From an uncultured Oscillospiraceae bacterium (GTDB lineage Bacteria; Bacillota; Clostridia; Saccharofermentanales; UBA5734), in NCBI GenBank assembly GCA_964549475.1, contig CAZJXH010000001.1:13356-52556 (forward strand): a stretch of DNA of 39,201 bases, written 5' to 3'. Shown one piece after another: positions 8,588-17,953 of the stretch (positions within the stretch are counted from its first letter, which is position 1; each line of letters opens with the position of its first letter). The translations under genes and the position numbers were made by a program. The notes beneath the pieces are model-generated. The model saw nothing but the letters and a program-made list of their open reading frames with translations. It was not told where the DNA came from and ran no database searches.

Positions 8588-9979
8588 TTACTTCAGTGCT
8601 TCGCTTGCGTATTTGTACATGGGTTCCTGAGACGCAAAATTCGAGTTCTTAAGATCTGCATTAATGGCAGTTTCCGCCGCTGTCAGCGCTTTTGTGAGGT
8701 CGACATTATTATAGAAAATGTCTTCCAGCATGATCTTGACATTGTTTTCCACGGTACTGGGCATTGTGCCGGGCCAGATGTAGCGGTCGATATGGTCTGC
8801 CAAAACGGCGATACTGGGGATTTTCAACAAGTCGGCGTCTTTTTTCAGGGATGCTTTTGCCGGGAAAACCGCATTGGCAAGGCAGAATTCTTTTTGAATT
8901 CCGTCGCTGGCGAGGAAGAATCGGGTGATATCCTGTGCCACAGCCTGCTGTTCTTTTGAAGCATTTTTGTTTACTCCGAAGGTGGATTCGCCATTGTAGC
9001 GGTGATAGGCATATGGTGTTTTGTCAGATGGTGTGGGAATCTCAAAGCATCCAAAGGGCGTGTTGGGGAAATTCTGTTTTAACACATTGGTCATAAAGCC
9101 CCAGCCAAGGAACATGGCGACGGTTCCCTGTCCGAAATTGTCTCCGGAATTGTTGCCAAAACTTTTTTCGCAAACGCCATCGACGGCATACAAGTCTTTC
9201 AAGCGGTTGATTACATTTTTCATCGCATCGTTGTTTAAAGTGACTTTATTGTCTTTCGTAAACAGGTTTTGGCCATACTGGTAATTCATGCCAAGCACAT
9301 CGCCCTGGATTCCCCCATTGTAGCTGAATCCAGCCTGAATGAGTTTTCCGCCATCGCGGATTGTCAGCTTTTTGGCCACTTCGCGGAATTTATCCCATGT
9401 TTTCGGGATGTCCGCATCCGTTAGGCCGGCTTTTTTCCACATGTTGGTGTTGTAGTATACGGTTGCCGTCATCAAGCCATAATCCGTATAATAAATTTTT
9501 CCATCAATAACATGACCGGAAGCGCCGACAAATTCTTTTTCCAGATCCGATGCGGAAATATCATACGGAGCCATATATCCGATCAGATTGTCATGCTTGC
9601 TGTTGTGCACATTGAAAATGGCAGGACCGTCCTTGCCCTGGAGTGCCAGAGGAAGCTTCGTCCAGTAATCGTCCCATGGATTTTCAACAAGCTTTATGGT
9701 AACGTTCGGGTGAATAGAGGTATATTGATCCGCCAGGGATTTGAACAGGTTTGCACTGCCGGTCCAATACCACAGTTCTGTAGTAATGTCTTTCCCGTCG
9801 TTAATCGCCTTGTTAGGGTCATACTGAATGACATTGCCTATGATCTTGAGTGCCGCTTTCGACACGCTTGCTGAGCCGGAGCCTGCAGGTGAACCGGAGC
9901 TTGCCGCAGGGGTGGCGTTGCAGGCAGCAAAGCTTGACAGCAAAGAAAGTGCGAGTAATAATGATAAAATTTTCTTCAT
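8588..9979 (-). CDS. Carbohydrate ABC transporter solute-binding lipoprotein (CUT1)
   Basis: ATG 9979 behind AGGAGG; signal peptide with lipobox FAAC; Ser/Ala-rich linker; 'IPKTWD' and 'VYYN' family-1 SBP motifs. Confidence 0.92.
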   Translation of the reverse strand: MKKILSLLLALSLLSSFAACNATPAASSGSPAGSGSASVSKAALKIIGNVIQYDPNKAINDGKDITTELWYWTGSANLFKSLADQYTSIHPNVTIKLVENPWDDYWTKLPLALQGKDGPAIFNVHNSKHDNLIGYMAPYDISASDLEKEFVGASGHVIDGKIYYTDYGLMTATVYYNTNMWKKAGLTDADIPKTWDKFREVAKKLTIRDGGKLIQAGFSYNGGIQGDVLGMNYQYGQNLFTKDNKVTLNNDAMKNVINRLKDLYAVDGVCEKSFGNNSGDNFGQGTVAMFLGWGFMTNVLKQNFPNTPFGCFEIPTPSDKTPYAYHRYNGESTFGVNKNASKEQQAVAQDITRFFLASDGIQKEFCLANAVFPAKASLKKDADLLKIPSIAVLADHIDRYIWPGTMPSTVENNVKIMLEDIFYNNVDLTKALTAAETAINADLKNSNFASQEPMYKYASEALK

Positions 9980-10012
9980 GATATCCTCCTTCAATATGTT
10001 TGTTAGTGTTTA

Positions 10013-10061
10013 GTTTAACGCTAAACCCTCTTTATTATAGCTCGTTCGCTGTAGTTGTCAA
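10013..10061 (-). promoter_or_regulatory. sigma-A promoter of the ABC/GH13/GH31 operon with downstream LacI operator
   Basis: TTGACA (10061-10056)-N16-TATAAT (10039-10034) on the minus strand; palindrome GTTTAACGCTAAAC at 10013-10026. Confidence 0.75.
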
Positions 10062-10209
10062 TATTCTGTGTTACAAATTGTTACATTATCCATTATTGAT
10101 TGCACTTATTTGTGTAATATGCATATATCCCCTCTCCGGTTCGTGTGTGAAAAATATGTATCGCTAAACTTGATTTTTTGAATATATTTACTTAATTTCA
10201 AATTAAGCG

Positions 10210-10256
10210 TTGCGTTTTTCCCTTAAAACACGTATTATTAGGTTTAATGATAAACC
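10210..10256 (+). promoter_or_regulatory. sigma-A promoter of lacI with autoregulatory operator
   Basis: TTGCGT (10210-10215)-N17-TATTAT (10233-10238); palindrome GGTTTAATGATAAACC at 10241-10256. Confidence 0.6.
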
Positions 10257-10274
10257 CAAGAGGGGATAAAAGCA

Positions 10275-11291
10275 ATGGTTACGTTAAAAGATATCGCACG
10301 CGAAGCAGGCGTCAGCATCATGACCGTTTCAAACGTCGTAAACGGAAATCTTTCGAAAGTATCGAGAGAAAGCGCGGAGCGCATCCAGAAAATCATCGTG
10401 GACCGGAAATATGTTCCAAATTCATCGGCGCGCAGTCTGGCAAAAAGCAATTCCAGGATCATTGCCATCATTTTACGCGGGGAGCAGGACGAAAACACGC
10501 TGCAGAGCCCTCACAATGCAACGCTTGTCGGAACAATCATCCAAAAGATCCAGAATCTCGGATATTATACAATGGTTAGCATTGTAAAGTCTCAGGAAGA
10601 CATCTCACAAAGCCTTTGTGCATGGAATGTGGAAGGCGCGATTTTTCTCGGAATGTTTGATGACGAGATCGAAAAAATGTACACCGTAAACGATGTGCCC
10701 ATGGTATTCATTGACAGTTACAGCAATGTACGCCAGCTGTCAAACGTCGGAATAGACGACTATCGCGGCGGGCAGCTCGCTGCACAGTGTCTGCTGAACT
10801 ACGGCCATCGAAAGATTGCATTCATCGGGCCGCCAACCCTGCACAACGGCGTTGTCCAGCACCGGTTTGCAGGGTTTTGCGAAGAATTGAGAAAAAGCGG
10901 CATTTCCTTGGATCCGCAGCATCATTTCGTATTGGAGTCGGATGTCCAGCCGGAGGCCATCATTGAAACCGGACGAAAAATCGCAGCATTGCAGGGAGCA
11001 GTGACCGCGGCTTTTGCGACAAGCGATCAGATCGCCTCTTATGTCATTCGGGGGCTTCGTATGAGTCAGGTATGTGTTCCGGAAGATTTTTCGATCATCG
11101 GGTTTGACAATATGATGATCAGCACGCAAATGACGCCTCAGCTTACCACCATTGCACAGAACCTCGAGCAAAAAGCCGGGCTTTCTGTTGAAATCCTGTT
11201 CCGGCAGCTGCAATCCCCCTCTTCTCCTGCGGAATCCCTGGTTCTTGATGTGGAACTCGTAGAAAGAGAAACGGTGGCGATACCCAGATAA
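10275..11291 (+). CDS. LacI-family transcriptional regulator
   Basis: HTH TLKDIAREAGVSIMTVSNVVN, hinge YVPNSSARSL, VPEDFSIIGFD, PQLTTI. Confidence 0.95.
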   Translation: MVTLKDIAREAGVSIMTVSNVVNGNLSKVSRESAERIQKIIVDRKYVPNSSARSLAKSNSRIIAIILRGEQDENTLQSPHNATLVGTIIQKIQNLGYYTMVSIVKSQEDISQSLCAWNVEGAIFLGMFDDEIEKMYTVNDVPMVFIDSYSNVRQLSNVGIDDYRGGQLAAQCLLNYGHRKIAFIGPPTLHNGVVQHRFAGFCEELRKSGISLDPQHHFVLESDVQPEAIIETGRKIAALQGAVTAAFATSDQIASYVIRGLRMSQVCVPEDFSIIGFDNMMISTQMTPQLTTIAQNLEQKAGLSVEILFRQLQSPSSPAESLVLDVELVERETVAIPR

Positions 11292-11313
11292 ATATTCCCC
11301 TTATAGGCTTGAT

Positions 11314-12690
11314 TTATCCGTCAAATTCCAGTTCATCGATGTATTGACAGGCCTCTTTTAGAATGTCGGCATAGTCGCCGTAAATACAGGCTGTGTGATG
11401 GATATAAGGGCCTTCAATGACTTTTCGCTCAAACTTTTTCCAGTCTTCCAGTTCAACCCAGACATAGGTATTCTGGGTAAAGGGGCCGGGAATGGTTTTT
11501 GACTTTTCAGCCAGCAGCTTGTAATTTCCGGTCTCTCCGTCAAACCTTATGATCGTGATGTCGCCGTCTTTCAGTTTCCAGTGGCACATGCCCGGCATAA
11601 AGCCTTTGAGAATCCAGTGCGTCCCAAGCGACCCCTGGCAATCAGGATCTTTTAAACTCAACGGGAAAGAATCATGCCAGAGAAGCAGCCCATTGTCGTT
11701 TTCCGGGTGCCGGACGGTCAGATCCGCCAGGAACGAAGTGGAGGTGTTCAGACTCGCCGCCTCGGCAATAATCGAACTGATGGCGCCATGCACATCCCCT
11801 TCGCTAACACACGGTATTCCCATATCACTGACCGCGGCTTGTGCAAAGCTGACACAAGCGTCCAGTTCATCTACAAGGGACATGAAGGATTCCACTGCCA
11901 GTGCGGTCAATTGATGATCCATGGCAAATTGATACATGACATCTCTAAGCGCAAGTACGTTTAACATGCCATGCTCGGACATCGCGTCAATATTGATTCT
12001 TTTTGCCAGTTCTGTCTTTTCCTTTATATACTTTTCTTGATTGGCGATTGCCGCTTCCTTTGTCAGCCTTATTATTTTGACAAGATCGATCGGCAGGATC
12101 CCTATTCCAAACTTTTGGAGCAGTTCACTTTCATTCATAATGGTAGACCAGAAAAAGTCGATCCGGTTTCCGACCATCCCGATTTTCGCATTTTTCAGCC
12201 GCTTTACGACATTGGCAGCCCGGATAAACTTGTCCATTCCGGTTTGAAAGACGGTCTCCCCGAGTTCGCAATTCTCGATATATGTGAAAGGAACGCCCAG
12301 TTTATGCAGCACCTTGCTTGAGGCGAACATCCCGCAAAGCGAGTCCCTGAGTCGCGTGCCGTCTTCCAGTGGAGCTTGGTCCCTCGGTCCCCAGAGAAGA
12401 GTGGGAACACCAAGTTTTTTTGCAATCATTCCGGCTGCGCTTTCGGTGCCAAAATTGCAGTGCGGAATGAAGAGGCAATCAATTTTTTGCAATTTTAAAA
12501 ATTCAACCACGGGCTCCACATCATCAAAGGATCGGATGATTCCATCCTTTATCACTTCATCTATCCCGATATAATTCACTTTCATTTCATCCAGTTTTTT
12601 TTCGATTTTCGTCTTGTAACGTTTTGCATCCTCATGACTGAAAGCAAATTTCCCGATTGGACAAACTCCTACTTTTACTACTTCATACAT
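11314..12690 (-). CDS. L-fucose/L-arabinose isomerase-family protein
   Basis: 'NFGTE', 'RLRDSLCG', metal/catalytic motifs 'SEGDVHGA', 'FLADL', 'YIHH'. Start reassigned to ATG 12690 (MYEVVK) behind GGGGGA. Confidence 0.85.
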   Translation of the reverse strand: MYEVVKVGVCPIGKFAFSHEDAKRYKTKIEKKLDEMKVNYIGIDEVIKDGIIRSFDDVEPVVEFLKLQKIDCLFIPHCNFGTESAAGMIAKKLGVPTLLWGPRDQAPLEDGTRLRDSLCGMFASSKVLHKLGVPFTYIENCELGETVFQTGMDKFIRAANVVKRLKNAKIGMVGNRIDFFWSTIMNESELLQKFGIGILPIDLVKIIRLTKEAAIANQEKYIKEKTELAKRINIDAMSEHGMLNVLALRDVMYQFAMDHQLTALAVESFMSLVDELDACVSFAQAAVSDMGIPCVSEGDVHGAISSIIAEAASLNTSTSFLADLTVRHPENDNGLLLWHDSFPLSLKDPDCQGSLGTHWILKGFMPGMCHWKLKDGDITIIRFDGETGNYKLLAEKSKTIPGPFTQNTYVWVELEDWKKFERKVIEGPYIHHTACIYGDYADILKEACQYIDELEFDG

Positions 12691-12918
12691 AAAAAATCCC
12701 CCACTATAAATAATTATCAAGAAGAAACATTGACTGAAGAATATCAAAGCGATCCATCGGCAAGCCAAACTCGGAACCCGCAACAATGTATCATTGTTTT
12801 TCTGACAATTCGAGAAATCGCAAGGTTCGCTCTGCTATTCTTTTTTCAAGTTTCCAGTTCTGGGTCCGTTTTTATTCTATTTCTTTATTTTATTTTCTTG
12901 TTTTTATGTTTCTCTTTT

Positions 12919-14058
12919 TCAAAACGTCCCGAATTCAATTCCCGCATCATGGAACGCCTGAATGTTTTCATAGGGCGTGCCTTCGCTGAGATAGTCCGAT
13001 GTTCCAAGAATGAACCTTCCTCTTCTTTTCACTTTATCAAAAAGTCGTTTCACCCGTGCTCTTATCTCTTCAGGCGACGCTACTTTTAAAAACTCGATTT
13101 GATCCATGTTCCCGATCAAGGTAATGTTTTTATTCAGTATGGATATCGCATGGTCCAAATCGGTATCTCCGAAAGGTTTTTCGGTTAATGTCTCCAATGC
13201 GTCCATTCCCAGCAGATTGTATACGCTGAACATGGTATTGGTATCCCCGCAGTTATGATACAGCACGTAGGAGCCGCTGTCCCGGATTGCGCTCAGGACT
13301 CTGGCTTCATAGGCAAGAATGTTTTCTTGGAAATAATTCGGCCCGACCATCGACCCATTCGCGATATTTCCTTCAAAAGTCAGAACATCCGCCCCGGCTT
13401 TTGCGAATTGGGTACAGGCCGCGATCTGCCTTTGGGTGAAATAGTCCATCATTTCGCTATAAAAGTCCGGGTCAATGTAAGCGTCCATAATTAATGCATC
13501 GATTTTACGGTGTCTGCTTAATGTGTTGAATACGCCTGCGACCCATGGAGCGGTTATCCCGTCCTCTCCAAGCATATCAGCGGCTCTTTTGATTCTTCCA
13601 CAATCAAATTTCGGAACGGGTGGCTGGTATCGGACGAACTGCCTGAAGTCTTCCGGTGTTTTGATAAAATGTTCCGTTTCTGCGGAGATCTCGTCAAAAT
13701 CCGTTGTCTTCCGGAACTCCTTCACTTCTGTCAATTCTGCTTCGGGCGTCCGGATTGTCGTTATAACTTTTCGCTGCTTATCCCCTGTTTTTTCCTCCTG
13801 GACGGATACTCTCCACTCTTTTGAATCCAGATATACATTGGAAAAAGCATCCCATATGGTGCATGTCCTGTGCATGATATCAAAGTCAAAATATTTGTAA
13901 ACGTCAATCAGTCTTTCATCCAATTTTTCATCTGAAGCCGGCATGTCTGTTTTAAAAAATTCGTTAACAAAATTAGTCCAGATAAAAGGGGAAATGGCAG
14001 CCTGGTCCGTTTCCATGCCACGAAACGTCCGAAGCAATCGTTCTCTTTTTGTCAACAA
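12919..14058 (-). CDS. Uroporphyrinogen decarboxylase / MtaA-CmuA superfamily protein
   Basis: N-terminal 'T.RER', 'AKAGAD', Zn-type 'YHNCG', 'LIGNMD', 'FILGTSD...TPYENI'. TTG start behind GGAGGG. Confidence 0.85.
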   Translation of the reverse strand: MLTKRERLLRTFRGMETDQAAISPFIWTNFVNEFFKTDMPASDEKLDERLIDVYKYFDFDIMHRTCTIWDAFSNVYLDSKEWRVSVQEEKTGDKQRKVITTIRTPEAELTEVKEFRKTTDFDEISAETEHFIKTPEDFRQFVRYQPPVPKFDCGRIKRAADMLGEDGITAPWVAGVFNTLSRHRKIDALIMDAYIDPDFYSEMMDYFTQRQIAACTQFAKAGADVLTFEGNIANGSMVGPNYFQENILAYEARVLSAIRDSGSYVLYHNCGDTNTMFSVYNLLGMDALETLTEKPFGDTDLDHAISILNKNITLIGNMDQIEFLKVASPEEIRARVKRLFDKVKRRGRFILGTSDYLSEGTPYENIQAFHDAGIEFGTF

Positions 14059-14076
14059 TTCAAATCCCTCCTAAAA

Positions 14077-14105
14077 TTCAAGGGGAGATGGCTTCTCCCC
14101 CTGAA
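14077..14105 (-). other. Stem-loop after the solute-binding protein gene
   Basis: TTCA-A-GGGGAGA / TCTCCCC-C-TGAA inverted repeat between the SBP and UroD-like genes. Confidence 0.5.
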
Positions 14106-14124
14106 CACCTTCCAATTCCCGTTC

Positions 14125-15153
14125 TTATTTTTTCCAGGGAGTGCCTTTTTTCATGATTGCGGCATCCATGTCTTTCGAATAGGTCTCTACATTGGCTTTT
14201 GTCACAACGATGATACCGGAGTCCAGTTCGGTAGGAACCTCTTTTACTCCTGTCAGAAGCTCATAGGCCAGTCTTACAGACTCATATCCCATTTTGAAAA
14301 AGTTTTGGGCTAAAGAGCCGTATACAGCCCCGCTTCGGATATTGTCAAGAGTCTCTTTGCCATCATCCACTTCGAGGATATTGACGGTTCTTTTCTGTTC
14401 TGCTGCGATTTTAACCGCTGCCGCTCCGCCGACGCCTTCCAGCATCCACACCGCGTCAATGGTCTTGTCCGCTCTGAATGCCGCATCAAATACAGTCATT
14501 GCCGTTGCCATATCCGCGCCGTCTTTGTCAAAACCAACCAATTTGATGCCGGTATATTCTTTGATTTTTGCTTCAAAAGCGGCTTTCGCTTCTACCTGGT
14601 TTGAAATGTCGAGTTGTGACATCATGACAAAAACGTTGGCTTTCCCGCTGAATCCCTTATTGAATGTTTCCGCCGCCATTTTACCCATCGTTTTATTGTC
14701 TGTTCCAATATAGGCAGATCTCAGCGCTTTATCTGCTGTGTCGTTTCCAGAAGCGATAACCTTGATCCCTGCCTTGATCGCCTTTTCCAAAGCGGGGTAC
14801 ATTGCTTTGTTAAAAGGAACACAAAGAATGGCATCCGGCTTCATTGAAACCGCATCTTCAAGCAAGGAGGCATTTTTTTCAATGATCCCGTCTGCGGTTG
14901 GAACGCCCAATATGGTCAATTCCACGCCATAGGCCGCTGCGGCTTCCTTGACCGCTGTTTCCTGGTTGACATAGCCGATGTAGTTCTGAAGAGGATTGAT
15001 CCATACCATTTTGTACTTTTTCGCAGAATCTCCCGATGTCTTGCTGCTTGTGGATGACTCCGATGCTTTGCTTGCTGCGGGAGTAGTGCTGCAAGCGGTC
15101 ATTAACGAAAGTAACATACCTGCTGAAACTAATACTGCCAATAATTTTTTCAT
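14125..15153 (-). CDS. Monosaccharide ABC transporter solute-binding lipoprotein (RbsB-like, CUT2)
   Basis: ATG 15153 (MKKLLAV) behind AAGGAGG; lipobox MTAC; 'YIGTDN', 'QNFFKMGY'. Confidence 0.9.
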   Translation of the reverse strand: MKKLLAVLVSAGMLLSLMTACSTTPAASKASESSTSSKTSGDSAKKYKMVWINPLQNYIGYVNQETAVKEAAAAYGVELTILGVPTADGIIEKNASLLEDAVSMKPDAILCVPFNKAMYPALEKAIKAGIKVIASGNDTADKALRSAYIGTDNKTMGKMAAETFNKGFSGKANVFVMMSQLDISNQVEAKAAFEAKIKEYTGIKLVGFDKDGADMATAMTVFDAAFRADKTIDAVWMLEGVGGAAAVKIAAEQKRTVNILEVDDGKETLDNIRSGAVYGSLAQNFFKMGYESVRLAYELLTGVKEVPTELDSGIIVVTKANVETYSKDMDAAIMKKGTPWKK

Positions 15154-15259
15154 CTTTTCATTCCTCCTTGATTTTGATTCATTTTTGTTCCATTTTGATT
15201 CTTTTTTCATTATTCATACAAATAAAAACAACACTTCTTCGAAAAACAACCTCCTTTTT

Positions 15260-16777
15260 TTAAATTAGTCCCGTTGCTGCTTTCATAAATAGTTCCTCGC
15301 TCGCTTCATTGTGAGTAAACTCCGCACTGATTCTTCCTTCTGCCAGTACAATGACCCGGTCGCTCATCGCAAGCAGTTCCGGCAGTTCGGAAGAGATCAT
15401 GATGATTCCGACTCCGGCTTTTGCAAGATCCGTCATAATGTTGTAAATCTGGACTTTCGCTCCGACATCGATTCCTCTTGTAGGCTCATCAAGCAGAATC
15501 ACTTTCAAATCGCGCATCAACCATTTGGCCAGGACCACCTTCTGTTGATTTCCACCGCTTAAGCTGCCGACATTGTCTTTTTCGCTCTTTACCTTGATGC
15601 TGAGCTTCTCGATATAGGTTTTCGCAATCCGTTTTTCTTTCGATCCATTTAGAATATTATGCTTTGATATGACTTCCAGGCTTGCCAGGGTGACATTTTG
15701 CTTGACATCCAGCAGCTGTACAAGGCCGGATTTTTTCCGATCCTCGGTCAATAGGCCGATTCCATTTAAAATCGAGTGTTTCGGGTTTTTAATCGGAACC
15801 TTTTTCCCATCAATGAATACCGTGCCGCTCCTCACCTTGATACTTCCGAATATCGCATTGACCACCTCGCTTCTCCCTGATCCAACAAGCCCGGCCAATC
15901 CCAGGATCTCCCCTTTTCTCAAAGAAAAGCCGACATCCTGGACGATATTCTTGCCGCTTGAATAGGGGTGAATGATGGTCAGGTCTTCCACTCGCAGCAC
16001 TTCTTCGCCAATCGGAACCGTCTCTTTCGGAAACATGTTGCTCATTTTTCTTCCAATCATGTCTTCAATGATCCGGTTGGCATTCGTGGATGCCTTATCC
16101 GTGGAAGAGACAAACTGCCCGTCTCTCAGCACCGTGATCCTGTCCGCGATTTCAATAACCTCTTTCATCTTGTGGGAGATATAAATGCAGGAAATCCCTT
16201 TGTTCTTCAGATCGATCAGGTTTTTAAAAAGAGTCTTGGTCTCCATCTCGGTCAACGGTGAAGTCGGCTCGTCCAGGATAAGCAAGTACGGTTTTTTACT
16301 CAGGGCTTTTGCGATATTGACCATTTGCTGTTCACTCGCACTGAGCCGTCTCATTTTTTGTTTCGGGGATATCTTCAGCCCCACCATTTCCAGATATTTT
16401 GCCGCTTCTTTGTTAAGTTTTTTCCAATCAATCAATCCGATCCGGTTTAGCGGCATATTCCCGAGAAAGATATTTTCTGCGATGCTCAAATCCAGGTGGA
16501 CGCTGATTTCCTGGTAGATCATTTCAATCCCCGCCGACTCCGAATCCTTTGGATTCAAAAAGCTTTTTTCCACTCCGTTGAGAATGATTTTACCCGAGTA
16601 GGAATCACAAGGATAGCTGCCGCTTAAAATTTTCATCAGCGTCGACTTTCCTGCTCCGTTTTCCCCTACAATGGCAAGAATCTCTTTATTTTTCAGGTTA
16701 ATGCTTACGTCTGTAAGCGCATTGATGCCGCCGAAGCTTTTATAAATATGATTCATTTCAAGTAAATACTCTTGCAT
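15260..16777 (-). CDS. Monosaccharide ABC transporter ATP-binding protein (RbsA/XylG-like, two NBDs)
   Basis: GENGAGKST, LILDEPT, LSGGNQQK, LDEPTRGIDVGAK. Confidence 0.95.
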   Translation of the reverse strand: MQEYLLEMNHIYKSFGGINALTDVSINLKNKEILAIVGENGAGKSTLMKILSGSYPCDSYSGKIILNGVEKSFLNPKDSESAGIEMIYQEISVHLDLSIAENIFLGNMPLNRIGLIDWKKLNKEAAKYLEMVGLKISPKQKMRRLSASEQQMVNIAKALSKKPYLLILDEPTSPLTEMETKTLFKNLIDLKNKGISCIYISHKMKEVIEIADRITVLRDGQFVSSTDKASTNANRIIEDMIGRKMSNMFPKETVPIGEEVLRVEDLTIIHPYSSGKNIVQDVGFSLRKGEILGLAGLVGSGRSEVVNAIFGSIKVRSGTVFIDGKKVPIKNPKHSILNGIGLLTEDRKKSGLVQLLDVKQNVTLASLEVISKHNILNGSKEKRIAKTYIEKLSIKVKSEKDNVGSLSGGNQQKVVLAKWLMRDLKVILLDEPTRGIDVGAKVQIYNIMTDLAKAGVGIIMISSELPELLAMSDRVIVLAEGRISAEFTHNEASEELFMKAATGLI

Positions 16778-16798
16778 TTTTTCATCCCCTTCATCAAA

Positions 16799-17788
16799 CT
16801 ATTTTTTAAATTTAATTCTTAACTGGTCGAGGGAAACCGCTAGAATGATAATCACACCAATTACAATCCCTTGATAATAGGGAGATATTTTTGCAAGTGT
16901 CATGCCGTTTGTAATCATATTCATGAAAATGGATCCCAGCAAAGTTCCAAAAATCGTTCCGGATCCTCCGGCGATGCTTGTTCCTCCGATGATGGCCGCT
17001 GCAATAATCACCATCTCCGAACCGGTTCCAATAGCCGATTGTACTGAACCGAATCGGGAAGCATAAAGCACGCCGGTAAATGTCGCAAGAGCGCCGATCA
17101 AAATGTAAATAATGAATTTTACCCGCCTTACCGGAATCCCGGAAAGCCTTGATGATTCTGCATTACCGCCCACCGCGTAAATCATTCTGCCGAAAACAGT
17201 GTATTTCAAAACCAGTTCAGCAATAACGCCCAATACAATCGTAATAATAATTATGTAAGGAATATTTAAAAACGATCCCTGTCCAATGGTGGCAAAATTA
17301 TCCGGCAGGGGATACAGCGGTTCTCCTTTCAATACGACATAGACGATTCCTCTGAAAATCATCATGGTGCTCATGGTTGCGATCATGGGCGGAACTTTCA
17401 CAAACTCGATGATGTATCCGTTGATGCTTCCGAACACGACACCGCTCAATATCCCGACGATAATAGCAACCCAGGTCGGTATCCCCGCCTGCATGAGAAG
17501 TCCCGCAAAGAGGCCTCCGCATGCCATCTGTGATCCGATCGAAAGATCGAACGCTCCTGTAATCAGCAAATAGGTCATTCCAATCGCGGTAATAAAAGTG
17601 AACGATGAATTTCTGAAGATATTGATCACATTATCAAAAGAATAAAAATCCGGATTGACCATCCCGAAAATAATCACCGAAAAAACGATCGGGAAAATAA
17701 CACCCACTTCCTTGATTTCTATCACGGACTTCAAAAACGACACGACTCCCGCCCTTGGATTTGTAATAGTACCTGTTTTCTCTTTCAC
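16799..17788 (-). CDS. Monosaccharide ABC transporter permease (RbsC-like)
   Basis: 'FDLSIGS', 'FGRMIYAVGGNAESSRLSGI', 'IIGGTSIAGGSG'. GTG start behind AGGAGG. Confidence 0.93.
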   Translation of the reverse strand: MKEKTGTITNPRAGVVSFLKSVIEIKEVGVIFPIVFSVIIFGMVNPDFYSFDNVINIFRNSSFTFITAIGMTYLLITGAFDLSIGSQMACGGLFAGLLMQAGIPTWVAIIVGILSGVVFGSINGYIIEFVKVPPMIATMSTMMIFRGIVYVVLKGEPLYPLPDNFATIGQGSFLNIPYIIIITIVLGVIAELVLKYTVFGRMIYAVGGNAESSRLSGIPVRRVKFIIYILIGALATFTGVLYASRFGSVQSAIGTGSEMVIIAAAIIGGTSIAGGSGTIFGTLLGSIFMNMITNGMTLAKISPYYQGIVIGVIIILAVSLDQLRIKFKK

Positions 17789-17953
17789 ACCAATTCCTCC
17801 TGAAATATTATTTTAAAAAATCAAGTTTTGTAAAAAATACGATTTTCTTCTTCATTTTGGTCAAACGAATATAAGGCTTATAGCAAAATGCCTAAACTTA
17901 GAATCATAAAATGGTTTTTTATTCTGTTTCTCAGGCTTTCACAGCCTTGGCAA

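Noticed and set aside
6756-9979. Missing ATPase in the CUT1 ABC cluster as a novelty
   Set aside because: Firmicute CUT1 importers routinely use a shared MsmK/MsmX ATPase encoded elsewhere.
12691-12918. Structured RNA in the 228-bp gap between the UroD-like and isomerase genes
   Set aside because: Strongly A-rich on the coding strand, with no convincing stems or known motif.
12919-14058. True hemE (heme biosynthesis)
   Set aside because: It lacks the HemE N-terminal PxWxMRQAGR motif and has no tetrapyrrole gene context.
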